Of a DNA stretch of 41,479 nucleotides, positions 1 to 12,100 are shown one piece after another. The notes beneath the pieces were generated by a model, which was given only the letters and a program-made list of their open reading frames with translations, was not told the DNA's origin and made no database searches. The translations under genes were made by a program, and so were the position numbers. Numbering within the stretch: the stretch's first letter is position 1; each line of letters starts with the position of its first letter. The stretch is from positions 1 to 41,479 of the forward strand of contig DF237664.1 of NCBI GenBank assembly GCA_000708835.1, written 5' to 3'. This DNA comes from Klebsormidium nitens. Taxonomy: Eukaryota; Plantae; Klebsormidiophyceae.

Positions 1-89
1 GTAGGTACCTTACTAATAAATTCGAGAGCTTAGGTCAGGTTGCTACAACAGTATCTATATTAGACCTTCAACATCTTGTCGTTCTGGCC

Positions 90-3000
90 ATGGCTGGCCC
101 GGCCGTCGCATCTCCGGAACCTGCGCAGGTTGGCACGAGAGTGTCGAAGAGGGAGCAAGCAGGTCTGGCGACGATGCCCCTGGACATCTCCCTCCCTCGA
201 GGACACGCTTCAGAACCGAACGGGCACAGTCCTGGCACACCTTTGAGCAACGGCAACAGCCTGAGAACGCGCTCACGGGAGCAGTCGCCTACAACATATC
301 ATGATGCAGTGGAGGACAGCGGAATAGAGTATGTCGACGACGATAACAGCTCTGATAGCGGGAGCGTGGCGTCCATCGAACACGACCAGGGGGAAGAGGG
401 AGGTGCAGGCACAGCCGGAACGCACCCACTTCACGGTCTTCTGGAGTCGAAAATTGCGGAGTTGGAGAGTAGTACGTCGGGCAAGTTGGATGAGGAGGGG
501 AAAGGGATCGGTGAGCCCCTGAAGGCCTCTGAGTGCACACCGGCTGACTCTCTCACTTCAGTTGGAGGATGGACCCAAGAAACCTTTTGCAGTTCTTGAA
601 AAAGGGAGGGAATTGAAGTGGCTGGGGAGGCGTTAGAGACATCAGGACATGTTTTGGAGGAACTGCGTCCTCAATATGGTGGTGGCATCAATCGTTTTTG
701 GAGTATGTACAGTTTGTCAGGTTTCCAGGCTCAATTGTATTGATATGGGCATTGGCACTCACCTCAAGGGTACTCACTTGTATGTTTCACGTCCATCGGT
801 GCTTTTCTTTGTTCCAGTCCTTATGTCTAAAAGAGGGAGGGGGGTGGGTCAATCGAAGTGGGGGCGACTCAGCATTAGAGGGTTTATCCTGCAGCGCCCT
901 CGAATGTGGAGCTTTGAAGGGCTCTAAGTGCCGTCGGCCAACTGGGGTCAGGCTCCGATCAAGTACACTATCAAACCCCTCAGGACATCAATATTCATTG
1001 CACAAAGATAACTGCTGTTTGCAGCGAAAGCCCGGAAAAGGCAGGTGAGGGACTTTCGGGCGCTGGTGGAGGCAACGGACCGGACGCCAGATGAGAAACT
1101 GCGGGTCCTGAATGGCAAGTTTATGCAACAGGTAAACTTGTGCACTACCTCTCTGACCGCCAGAGCAGATCAGAGGTTCCTTGGAGCGTGGCTGACATCT
1201 TTGCAATTTCGAAGTTTCTGCTTGCAGAGCCCCTGTAGGTTGCCTGCTTGTAGTGGTTGCACGAAGCGAGATCGCTACTTTGGTCCAAGAGTTGGCATCA
1301 GATATACTATAATCTAGTTCTGCTTGACATGAAGGAGGACCTCAATTCTTTCTGTGTCCCGGTAAATTCTGTTATGAGCAAGATATATGGTGGCAGAGAG
1401 ATCTGCCGGTTTCTTCAATCGGATGAAGATGTGTTTGTGAGCCTCATGCAGTTGAACGAAACGAGGGCGCTAGAAAGGGAGCTTATGGCGATCCGGAAGA
1501 AGTGTGAGCAGCTTCACAAGGAGAAGGACACTGGTGAGCCTTAGAGACGTAGATCTGAAGAAAGCTTGTATGATTCTTTTCTTTCTACCCTTCAGTAAAT
1601 TGATGCATCCCCGCCAGATATAACAGAGGCGTACCTGATGGAGAGCTTCCCTCAGCATTGACTAACAAATAACAAATGTGTCTTAGTACTAAATCCTTGA
1701 TTTTCCACCCTGAGAGCTTCTGACAACCGCTTGTGCTGGCCCCAATTGGCTGAAACACTCTCCTGATGACAAGGGTTTCTACATAATTCTCTGGAAAAAC
1801 AGCCCTCCCATTAATATAGGCCCTGTGGAAGTGCCGCCTTTGGAAGCAGGGGCAATCCAATTGAATCGTCCTGTTGGCATCCTCTTTCGAGTTTCAATTA
1901 TCTGCAAGCCCGATTGCCACCCAATCAAGATCTCTATGTTTGAAAACCTCCTTCCGTCCTGCAGTTGTGAGTGACCTCGTTAAGGAGCAGTCCATGAAGC
2001 AGAAGCTCGAGTCGCTCTGCCGGGAGCTCCAGCGGCAGAACAAGATGGTCCAGGTGAGATTCTGGTCGCAGAAGCTGCTCATACGGAATTGGAGTCCTTT
2101 CTGACCAATAGCTTGGGCTGTGTCTCCAAGTTCAGTTGGAGCTCCATAGAGTTGGAACATTCGTCTGGAGATTCTGCTCAGGAAGTAGACTCGTTTCTTA
2201 TGTCACTTCTCTAGCGTAGTTAGAGCTTCTTGGAATGTCTTCCGTTTGTTCCTCCTTGGTGAGGGCTTCTGCATACGATGTTTACACCTTGTGGTTTGGC
2301 AGCGGCTGGGCCAGTTCCTGTGGCCCCATGACGCAAGGCGGATCCTGACTGGCTACTGAACTGGCTACTGATTTTAGCATCTCGACAGTCTCCCGCCGTG
2401 ACAGAACTCCATGCCTCAGCTTCTTCTACCAGTTCGTGATTGCGGAAACACGTGCAAGATTAGTATCGAAGTGAACCGCACTCTGCGGAAGCTTGCGCAG
2501 CCTGATGCCCCGTGTGAGGACTTCACTTAGCTGAACATTGTCATGTGTCACTTTCAAGATTGAACACCTGACACACTGTGCAGCGAGTTGCCCGATGTCT
2601 ACGTCGCGCAATCGAAGCCGCGACCACTGTCGAAATACCTGGCGTCTCTTTCGGAAACAAAGCCATCCTTTGATACAAAGGTTTCAGATTTGCATAGACG
2701 CATTCGATCTGTTTCCAAGTTTCCAGGATTGTCATCCCTCCCAAGGTTGGAGAGGCGTTCCACAGGTGACTTGCCCCAGAGACTCGGTCCTTTGCATGTG
2801 TACAAAGTGCCTTTTCCCCTCTGCAGGAGGACAGCAAGCGTGTTGCGTCGGACGAGCAGAACAAGCGGCAGGAGTTGTCGACCAAGTTTCACAACACGAT
2901 CAAGGAGATCACGTCGAAACTGGAGGACCAAGGGGACGAGAGGCTGCGGCAGCTCAAAGAAAACGAGATGTGAGCTTGTTCTCCAACGATGACGTCACAT

Positions 3001-5863
3001 GCGTTCGGACTGGTAGCGCTGGGAGACGTGTGCTGAGTGACGTCTGCGGTGAGGGCATGCGTTCAAGGAGCACACGCTTGTAAGCCCCTTTTCGTCGATG
3101 ACGTGCCATAAATACCCGACTTTGTGAGTTGTGTGCATGTGACAGGTGTGTAACAGTGGGAAAAAGTGTTGCTTCTTGGTGCAACTCTGACCTGTCGCTT
3201 CGGGTGGGTTGACGCACTTCACCTGCCTCCGCTTTGTCCATCGAGTTTGTCAAACGATCGGCGAGCTTCGCGGCTGGTCGGCTCCTTCCCGACTCCGTCT
3301 CCGTTCTTCGTATTGTATCTGTCGTCTCCAAGTTCTCCGGTCTGCGGGTTGCACAAGATGCTGAGACATTTGTTCTTCCGCTCCCTTTTATTCCTTCCTC
3401 TTGTCTTTTGTCATCTGCCTTAACGTTCTCCGGTCTACAGGTTGCACGAGAAGCTGAAGCCCTTTCACGGACTTTTTCCGTTCTCGCCTTTCCTAATCCT
3501 TCAGCTTCTTCCTCTTGGCTCTGTTTAACCGACTCTTCATTTTCCGTCCTGCAGAATGCCGAGAAGCTGAAGCAGTCCCGCATTCCTTCCGCTCTCGCCT
3601 TTTTCCATTTCAACTGACTCATAACTCTCCGGCCCGCAGGTCGCGCGAGAAGCCGAAGCAATCCACGCACTCCTTCGCTCTCGCCTTTCCTTCATCTCAA
3701 CTGACTCATAACTCTTCGGGGCCGGCAGGTTGCGCAAGAAGCTGAAGTACTTCCGTACCCTTCAGCTCTCGCCGTTCCTTCATCTCGAGTAACTCTCAAC
3801 TCTCCGGCCGGCAGGTTGCGCGAGAAGCTGAAGCACTTTATTATACCTTTCGTTTCCGCCTCTCCTCCATCTCTGCAAATTTCTCCCCTTGTCCTACCTC
3901 ATCTGACCCATATCTCGCCGGCCGGCAGGTTGCGCGAGAAGCTGAAGCACTTTACGCAGCAGTACGAGCTGCGCGAGCAGCACTTTGCGCACCAGCTGCG
4001 GACCAAGGCGCTCGAGCAGCAGTTGGTGGAGGCCAAGCTCAAGCAGCAGCAGGAGATGGCCGCGCAGGAGGAGACCAAGGTGAGCGCTGGTCAGGGCATC
4101 ACTTGTGCGTCAAACTTGCATCGCGTTTCCAAATGCTTGGAGGATGGTTCCTGATTTAGGACCGTGAGATGGACAATCGGATGGCATCCGACGGCTCAAG
4201 GTTGCGGACCACTCCAGGCGGGGATATACATGGGGCAGATCAACGCGCTCCTCAAGGCGGGAGGCGAGCTCTGGACCAATTTGTCCGTAGTGTCAGGTTA
4301 GGAGTTGCATCTTGTAAGCCCAGAGCTATTGGATTCAAAGACTTAATCTTTTGGCACCACAGGTGCGCATGTACATGGAGCAGATCAACGCGCTGCTCAA
4401 GACGGAGGCGGAAGGGCAGCTCAGTGATTCACAGTGCTCGTCTTTGCTTCTTCTCGAGAATATTAAATCCTTGTTTGATGAGTTATTGACACTCCGGTGC
4501 GTATGTACACGGAGCAGATCAACGCGCTACTCAAGACGGAGGCAAAGCTGCGCGGGCTCGTAATGTTTTTCATGGTCTTCTTTCTTTGCTCCCACTCTCT
4601 TAACCCTTTTCTCCCCTTTTTCTTTTCTCCCCTTTCTTCGATCCTTGATTGTTTGAAACTCTGGCACCCCAGGTGCGCATGTACACGGAGCAGATCAACG
4701 CGCTGCGCAAGACGGAGGCGGAGCTGCGCGGGCGGCTATGATTTCATGGTCTCCCTTCTTAGCTCCTACTCCNNNNNNNNNNNNNNNNNNNNNNNNNNNN
4801 NNNNNNNNNNNNNNNNNNNNNNNNNNNNNNNNNNNNNNNNNNNNNNNNNNNNNNNNNNNNNNNNNNNNNNNNNNNNNNNNNNNNNNNNNNNNNNNNNNNN
4901 NNNNNNNNNNNNNNNNNNNNNNNNNNNNNNNNNNNNNNNNNNNNNNNNNNNNNNNNNNNNNNNNNNNNNNNNNNNNNNNNNNNNNNNNNNNNNNNNNNNN
5001 NNNNNNNNNNNNNNNNNNNNNNNNNNNNNNNNNNNNNNNNNNNNNNNNNNNNNNNNNNNNNNNNNNNNNNNNNNNNNNNNNNNNNNNNNNNNNNNNTCAT
5101 GGTCTCCCTTCTTAGCTCCTACTCCAAAAACAGTTTTTCTCTTTTTTCTTTCTCCCCTTTCTAATTCCCCTTGAAAATTTGCGACTGCAGGTGCGCATGT
5201 ACACGGAGCAGATCAACGCGCTGCTCAAGACGGAGGCGGAGCTGCGCGGGCAGCTCGCGATGTACGGCGACAAGTTCGAGCAGTTCCAGGACACGCTGAC
5301 CAAGAGCAACGAGGTGTTTGCGACGTTCAAGAAGGAGATGGAGAAGATGTCCAAGACCATCAAGAAACTGGAGAAGGAGAACGCGGGCCTCCGCGACAAG
5401 GGCCAGAAGAGCGACCTGGCCGTCGTGGACCTGGCAGAGGAGGTGAGGGCCTGATCGCTTCTTTTTGTCGTCGGAAGAACGACGACTCGTTGTTCTTCTT
5501 TTTCTTTCCCTCTCTGTCATCTGCCAATCTTTTCTGGTAGTCTCTGAATGTCGCTTTATATCGCCAGTATCAAGATAATGGAGTGACGATTTTCCTTTCA
5601 AAGGAAAACCGAAGAAAGACATAGAAGTCTGATCTGTGCCTCCATATCAATCGAGGAAAGTGACGTTTCTGTTCCTTGTGCAGAGGGAGAAATGGAAGAA
5701 GCAGGCAGAGACGCTGCGGGCTCAGAAGGAGAAGCTCGAGAGCCTGTGCCGCTCACTGCAGATGGAGCGTAAGAATGCGCTCGCAAGCGGAAACAGCAAG
5801 CCGCAGGCGTCTGCGCCCGCTCCTGCGGGAAAAACAGCCGCAGGGGCCGAGAGTAGTTCTTGA
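90..5863 (+). CDS. Taxilin-family coiled-coil protein, 8 exons, ~474 aa
   Basis: Exons 90-510, 1025-1131, 1452-1533, 1965-2053, 2827-2969, 3929-4079, 5191-5442 and 5684-5863 all have GT-AG boundaries and join in frame (1425 nt). Taxilin motifs: KLESLCRELQRQNK, LREKLKHFTQQYELREQHF, LAMYGDKFEQFQDTLTKSNEVFATFKKEMEKMSKTIKKLEKEN, KLESLCRSLQ. An upstream exon outside the window cannot be excluded. Confidence 0.9.
3330..3955 (+). repeat. Tandem array of 7 copies (6 degenerate plus the real one) of a 3' splice site and exon start
   Basis: The motif ctc(t/g)ccggccggcag|gttgcgcgagaagctgaagcac recurs with exon-like starts at 3348, 3441, 3555, 3640, 3729, 3815 and 3929 (true exon). Spacings are 93, 114, 85, 89, 86 and 114 nt. 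Confidence 0.9.
4200..5260 (+). repeat. Tandem array of acceptor plus exon-start copies (VRMYTEQINALLKTEAEL), interrupted by an assembly gap
   Basis: cag|gtgcgcatgtacacggagcagatcaacgcgctgctcaagacggaggcg recurs at 4218 (most degenerate), 4363, 4497, 4673 and 5191 (true exon). Confidence 0.92.
4773..5096. other. Assembly gap (324 N)
   Basis: Run of N. The sequence tcatggtctcccttcttagctcctactcc occurs on both flanks (4745-4772 and 5097-5124). Confidence 0.99.
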
Positions 5864-7133
5864 GTGACGTCGTTGTACGGGGCAGTGGTGCCAAGGGTAG
5901 GACACGGAGGATGGTGGAAACAGCGAAACAATTTTGAAAAGTTCTTATTTGTCACACTTGTTCACAACCTGTGACTGCGATGGGCAATCGATGGTGACGC
6001 TTCAGGATCGTGACGCCCGTTTTGCAGCCTTACGCAACTTCACTCGCCATGTTTTGTGGGACAATTCGTTGATACGGCCCTTTCTGTGAAGTTCGAACAT
6101 GGGGCCTTTGCATGTATAAGCCAAGCCCAGTTGGCGTACTTACTCTAGCTCCGACTTCGCTCAAGTGCAAGCGGATCCTTTTTCAGGCTCATATACATGT
6201 CGATAGAACAACACAAGGGAATCGGATGATGCCGGTCGCATAAATTACTTGTTTGAACCAGAATTGAGGATCCGAGCTGGACATTCATGCTGCCCTAGCT
6301 CAGAGGCTGTAACAACCATTCATCAAGCTCGGAATGGACTTTGGATTCACGTGTCCAATCATCACACGATCGAAATGGGAGCGCCGTGTGCAGCCATATG
6401 GAGCTCTAGCTTGGGCTGGCCGGCCAACCCCATGTCATATGCGAGTTTTAAGTATACAAAATCTGCCTATTCCATGCAACAAGCGCTGCAATTGTAGGTC
6501 AGATCTAAAGAGCTGGCTCTAATTAGTGTGACCGTGCCAATTCATGTGCAGCTTAAAGTTAACGCGTACGGTAGGAACTGACCGTCCTTCATGTCATGAC
6601 GTGGCCGCAAAAGTTCATGCAGTCATGCGCGGCCTCGCACCTGGTCTTAGTGACTATCAAACAAGCAGTGATTGCAGGTGACAAACTTTAGACCGTCAGA
6701 AGATCTCCTCAGTATGAATGTGTCCCTATCTCGACATCGATGGCAGCTCTCAAAGCCGCCAAGCATCCCAAGCAGTGATGCATCATCATGCTTGGCTGCA
6801 GACAGTTGGTTGCACTCCGATGCATGGAGCACAGCAGGCCCTTCTTGTACATATTGTATGCGACATTCTCAACATCCTGATCCAACACAGTGACTGCAAA
6901 CATGCTTGACTGCGATGCTCATGTAGAGCCTTTTATCCGGGGAAACCAACTACAACGTTTCTTGACCGTAGGATGCAAGAGACTCTATGAGTAATTGCAA
7001 ATGCTTCTGCTGAGCAACCGAGGGCAAGCTTGAATACCCTGAGCGTTGCTCACTATGTTTTGAATCTTGTGTACAGGAAGCTGCTGATTCTGCAGCATCT
7101 GGTCTGAAACAGCACCCGATAGATCTGAGGACC

Positions 7134-8392
7134 TCACTTTGCTTGTGGGTGGGAAGCCACGAACTCGATAGCATCAGCCGTTGAGAGGATCTTATCAGCT
7201 TCACTATCGGGGATCTCAATACCAAACTCCTCTTCAAAAGCCATAACCACCTCAACCGTGTCCAGGCTGTCTAGTCCCAGATCTTTGGTAAAGTGAGCCG
7301 TGGGCGTGACCTGCAGATGGTGCAGCACGAGTCAAGAAATCGTCACTAGAAGGGATCTAAGAACATAATTTCAGACCTGATCATTCACAAGTCTACATTT
7401 CTGGTGGGGGTGTAATAGTTGCACCAGTGCCTTTGATGCCACACCCTTGGACCGAAACAGGTTCTATGTAGAGAATATGAAGAATCAGAGCCGGGGCTCG
7501 AGGCTTTCATCCCCCATGTGTCAATTGTGCTCGAGAATGCACATTCTGCTTGAACTGCACCACTCGACAATCTCTCTATTGGAGGCCAAGTGGCAAATAC
7601 ATCAGAATTACGAAAAATTCCTCTGTTTCCTGAATCAATCGTGGCCTGAAACCCGAGCGCAGAGCGATCGCTGCAGAGAGAGCCAACTCGCAATCCTGAG
7701 TAGTACTAGTTGCGGCGAGAGTTTCTTGGACAGGGTACTTTGGCTTGGTAGTGGCACATAGCCTTCTTGCTCAAAATCAGGGTCCTGGGAACCTGTGTTC
7801 CAATCTACAGACAACCACCAATGCAGCAAAAGCTGATACGACGAGCACGCACCAGTGAGCTAGCACAATTACTGACAGTGAGCAACAAAATTGCAGACTC
7901 GCTAGCGAACCTCCCACAGTCAAGCAAAAAAGTGCAGACAGAAGCAACCAATGCATGCATGATCCGGCTCGAAGATGGCCTGCACACATGGTAACGGCAA
8001 TCAACAATGCTGCCAGTCGAACTTCCAGATTGATGCTCTTCCTTCCACACAGAATGGGTTACAACTGCCCGAGTGAATATTCTTGACCCACCACCAACAT
8101 CCTGAAAAAGAGCACAAAAGCATCCGCTAGAGGGCCTCACCTTGCTCGGCTCCACCTTTTGGAAGTTCTTAACCACGGAGAGCACTCTATCCGTCACCTG
8201 GCCTTTGTCCAAGTACGTCCCTTTCGCTGCGTCTGCAAAGTACCGGGGCGCCAGAATAGAACAGAGTCCATCAAAGACGCTCTGGCCAGGTAAACCCCCT
8301 GCTGTGTGCAGTGCCGGCGTAACACCAACCCGCAGGTGCTGGAGCAGACTTGCTCGGGCCGCAGCCACCGCGGGCCTAAGAGCGCCCGACAT
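7134..8392 (-). CDS. mtACP: Mitochondrial acyl carrier protein (mtACP / NDUFAB1-type), 2 exons, 142 aa
   Basis: Exons 8392-8141 and 7310-7134 (minus strand), GT-AG, phase 0. The Arg/Ala-rich presequence-like N-terminus is followed by [18 protein letters not shown]...[36 protein letters not shown], which carries the DSL phosphopantetheine serine. Confidence 0.96.
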
Positions 8393-9174
8393 GGGAATGT
8401 CTTTGCGTTTGACTCAAAAAGAAATGGAACCACCGAGTGCGTGCGCGACACTGAGAGTTGGGAAGGCTCAGCAATTAGAAACACCCAATCCTCTTATGGA
8501 TTCTAATCCAAGCTCCCCTTGATCGCCCAAGATGAGCGCTCCAGAGTCCTGCCAGTGCTGGTGTTGATGAAAGTGACCCTCCATCAAGCAATCTCAACAC
8601 TTCCTTCTCTCACGTCGACGTGGGCGTATGGATCCGTTGAGCTGGGAATTTCTCTTTGATACTTCTTCCTTGTCTTTTCAGCTCTCGACATCGAAACCTT
8701 ATCCAGATTGCGTATGCTACGTAATTGCTATACTGATCGAAGCTGGTATTCCGCCCATTCGATTATGTTTTGGTGCTTATAAGCGGGACTTCTGCACCTT
8801 TGAGCAATCCATGTAAGAGAGAGAAAGTGATCAATGACAATTATTCACCTTTGTATTGAAGCAGCCACAGCACACAGACAGACCTTCAAGTTCTCTCGCT
8901 AGGTACTTGATCTTCCAAGTTTTTCTGGCGCAAGGTGTCGGTGTTCTTTTGCCTATTCATGGGCTTATAATGTATCCCTGGCCGTTTGTTGGATGGAACA
9001 GCTAGGCGCAATCCCTCCAGAAGATCAGAAGCTCTGTACGAGGTTTTGTGGGGTTTCATTGGAGCATTCTCCAGTCACCAAGAAAGTGCTCAATTGCAAT
9101 ATTGAGACCAGCAACTCCTTAAGCTGATCATAGAGTTGCAAGGGCAGCACAGGGTGCAGCAAAGGGGAGCTCCA
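8393..9174. promoter_or_regulatory. Short head-to-head intergenic region (mtACP / TM9SF), candidate bidirectional promoter
   Basis: The divergent ATGs at 8392 (-) and 9175 (+) are separated by 782 nt. No specific element was identified. Confidence 0.4.
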
Positions 9175-12100
9175 ATGGGGTCACATCCATCCAGCTGGCT
9201 TGTCCTGCTTTTGCTGATTGCAGCCTCCGTCTGCGAGGGTGCAGATGGGGCATCTGTCCCAAGGCGATCACTCTTAGGCTCTCAGAAGCATCATTACGCC
9301 TACCGTCAAGATGTTCCCCTTTACGGTACGTTTATGCCGTCACATATTGGTAATATGTGAATAGGAGCTTCCAGCTCACATATCGCATTTGCCTCCAAAG
9401 CCACTTCTTCACTCTCTGCAGAATGTTGAGTTGGCTCCCCAACTCCATCAGATCGGAGCATGTGCATTGGTTGCTGATTGGCTGGTTCGTTTGGCTGCGG
9501 TTCTTGGAATGCACGAGGGTGCTGATCTTAACTTTTTCATGTTTTGCAGCTAACAAGGTGGGGCCATTCCATAATCCAAGGTAGGTTGGGCCTCCACAGT
9601 TCTTGGAAACTCGAAGTGGACAGCAAGTTCAGACACTCTGTTGCCCTGCAGCTGCATACGATTGCTGTTAGTCTACAATCAGATTATGGCTCCAAGTGGC
9701 CGTCAGACAAATGGGATTTTTTGCACATGTTGTAGAGACATTAGACGAATCTACTTTTTAGTTTGCAAGCTTTGATGAGAGCCTTGCGGGGGCACCAGCC
9801 TCTTTACACAAACTTCGGCCTTTTTAAGGCTTTAAAAAATGGATACTTGCGAGGCCCTTTTTGGCACACACATCGGCACTGACGACTTCCGGTTCCACTC
9901 TCATCCTGGTGAATGCCCCATTGCCTGGTTGGTCGTCCTATCAATCCAACTAACAACAGAAGGTACGAACAAGAAGTGAGGACTGCTTGCTGACACAACC
10001 GTATGATTACGATGGCAGAAGACTCTGATGCCTTGGCAAGCTCTGAATCTTGCCGCTCGCTTCTGCAGCGTTTCATACCAGTACTACTATCTGCCCTTCT
10101 GCAAACCCTCAGAAGGCATTGAACAGAAGCTGGAGGATCTGGGGGAAGTCCTGGAGGGGGACAGGATGACGAGTACCGAATATGATCTGCCATTCCGGGT
10201 CGACAAGGAACACGAGAAGCTCTGCTCAAAGACGCTCACGGTTGAGGAGGTCCAGAAGTTCAGGCAGGCCATCAGCGATGATTTCTACTTCCAGGTTAGT
10301 CATCTCGCTTTGGTTACGGGAAAAAGCTACACCAGCGATTGTGATTGTCACACTTTCAGATGAGCTTCCTGCTTGCATGAGGGTGCTCAGATGCTGTCCT
10401 GAAGTTATCTCCGTATTTGAGAACGCTTGAGTTTGAGATTTACTCTTCCAATAAGCCCGTCGGCAGAAAGGGTATTATCTGGGCCTAATCTGGTACAGCA
10501 AAAGTGATGTAAAACGTTTGTCCTGAGTTTGCGAGGGTGATGGCCAATCTTGCAAACCTGGTCTTGGATTGTTGACCTTCTGCCCCAAGAATCCGTTTGG
10601 ACAGAGGAACCTTTTTGAGAAAGGAAGGTTATGGATGATGAATCATCCCCTGAGCTGCGGATAAAATTACGTTTCTTTTAGGATCTGAAGCCCTTCTCTT
10701 TCAGTGCCCTTTCATGTGACACAGCGCGTTTGCCCAAACTGTACTTGCTTAGAAAGTCTCAATTTCATTGGTTCAAAGGGCGCTGGTCCTGATTCTGACC
10801 ATCTTTCAACAAGGTTGGCAGCTTTCATATCGTTAATGAAACTCATATCGTTCTCCTTTGGTGCAGATGTTCTATGACGACCTCCCTATCTGGGGTTTTA
10901 TCGGCAAGATCGCCAAGGAGGCCACGGGGGCTATGAGCTACCTACTGTACAGGCATGTGCACTTTGACATTCACTACAACAAGGACAAAGTCGTGGAAAT
11001 CAATGTGTCCACGGACCCTCTCCAGACGGTGGACATCTCAGATGACGAGCCCGTTGAGGTGAGGACGAGGTCGTTACATTTTTGTTCCAAGTTTCTGTTG
11101 CATTTCTATCGGTCGTTTCCGGCTCTTGCCCCTCCCATGGTCAAGTACTTAAGTTGGCAGGATTGCTTTGGCTCCCAAAGAAAGACATCCGTTCAAGAAA
11201 GGGCAGGACGTGCATAATGCACCACCGTTTGCGTTGGCCAGCGGTGACTTAGGCACTAAGTGATTTTCTAGGGCAAGGCTAGTTTCCCCAATAAAGTCGA
11301 TCCAAGTGCTGTGGTGCACATCTAGCCGAGGCAGGATTTCAGGTCATGATTTGATTCGGCTCGCAATAAGGTTTTTATCGATCAGACTGACAGCAAATCC
11401 TTACCGAAGGTGCCTGACTGCTCTAGCGTCTCACATTTTTGGCAACAATTTTGCCGCGGTGCACCCATCGATTCTGCTTCTTGATCACCTCTCGTCTTTC
11501 CTCTTTCCTGGACGCCTTTCGCTTCGTCCTTGCTGAGACAAAGTTTACCAGCCGAGCGTTCGACCTTCCATACATCTACACGTTTCTGACCCGCCTCCCT
11601 GATAAAACGCCTCCCCTTCCTTTTACAAATCCGGATCACGAGTCCTCAATGAAACCTCGCACCAGAAATCCCGCCCTAATCCTGCTCATGCTAGTTCCTC
11701 CCCCTGGTCGCTTTCTCCTTCTCGGCCAAGTGGTACTCGATTGGTACTCGCGATTGATTCCTGCTGAGCAAAGCCATGGTTCCTTCACGGTTCTTCTCGT
11801 TTCCCGTCGACCCGTCTTCCCGTCAAGTCCTCCTTCCCGTCGGTCCACAACGCGCGGATTGTAAGTCACAAGACAAAAGCCTCGGCTCATAACAAGCCCC
11901 CGAATCCTCCCCTCATGCTAGATCTTCCCCCCCTGGTGGACTCTCCTTCTCGGCAAAGTGGTACACAAGCAAGACATTTCAAGATTTTCTGCTGATCACA
12001 GACATAGTTCTTTCAGGATTTTCCTCGTTTCCCGTGGACCCGCCTCCCTGTCCGTTCTCAAGCCTGGCTTCCAAGTCGTCACCACATTCCCGGGTCAAAA

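Noticed and set aside
2954-3670. 238-aa minus-strand ORF and its 127-aa plus-strand partner (3234-3617)
   Set aside because: These are by-products of the pyrimidine-rich repeat array in a taxilin intron, with no domain motif.
4200-4740. Mutually exclusive or tandem functional exons
   Set aside because: The copies cover only the first part of the exon, lack downstream donors, and run into stops or non-taxilin sequence.
4497-5174. ORFs spanning the N run
   Set aside because: Artefacts of translating through the assembly gap.
3330-5260. CRISPR-like repeat-spacer array
   Set aside because: The repeats are copies of the host splice junction, vary in length and decay progressively. The context is a eukaryotic intron with no cas genes.
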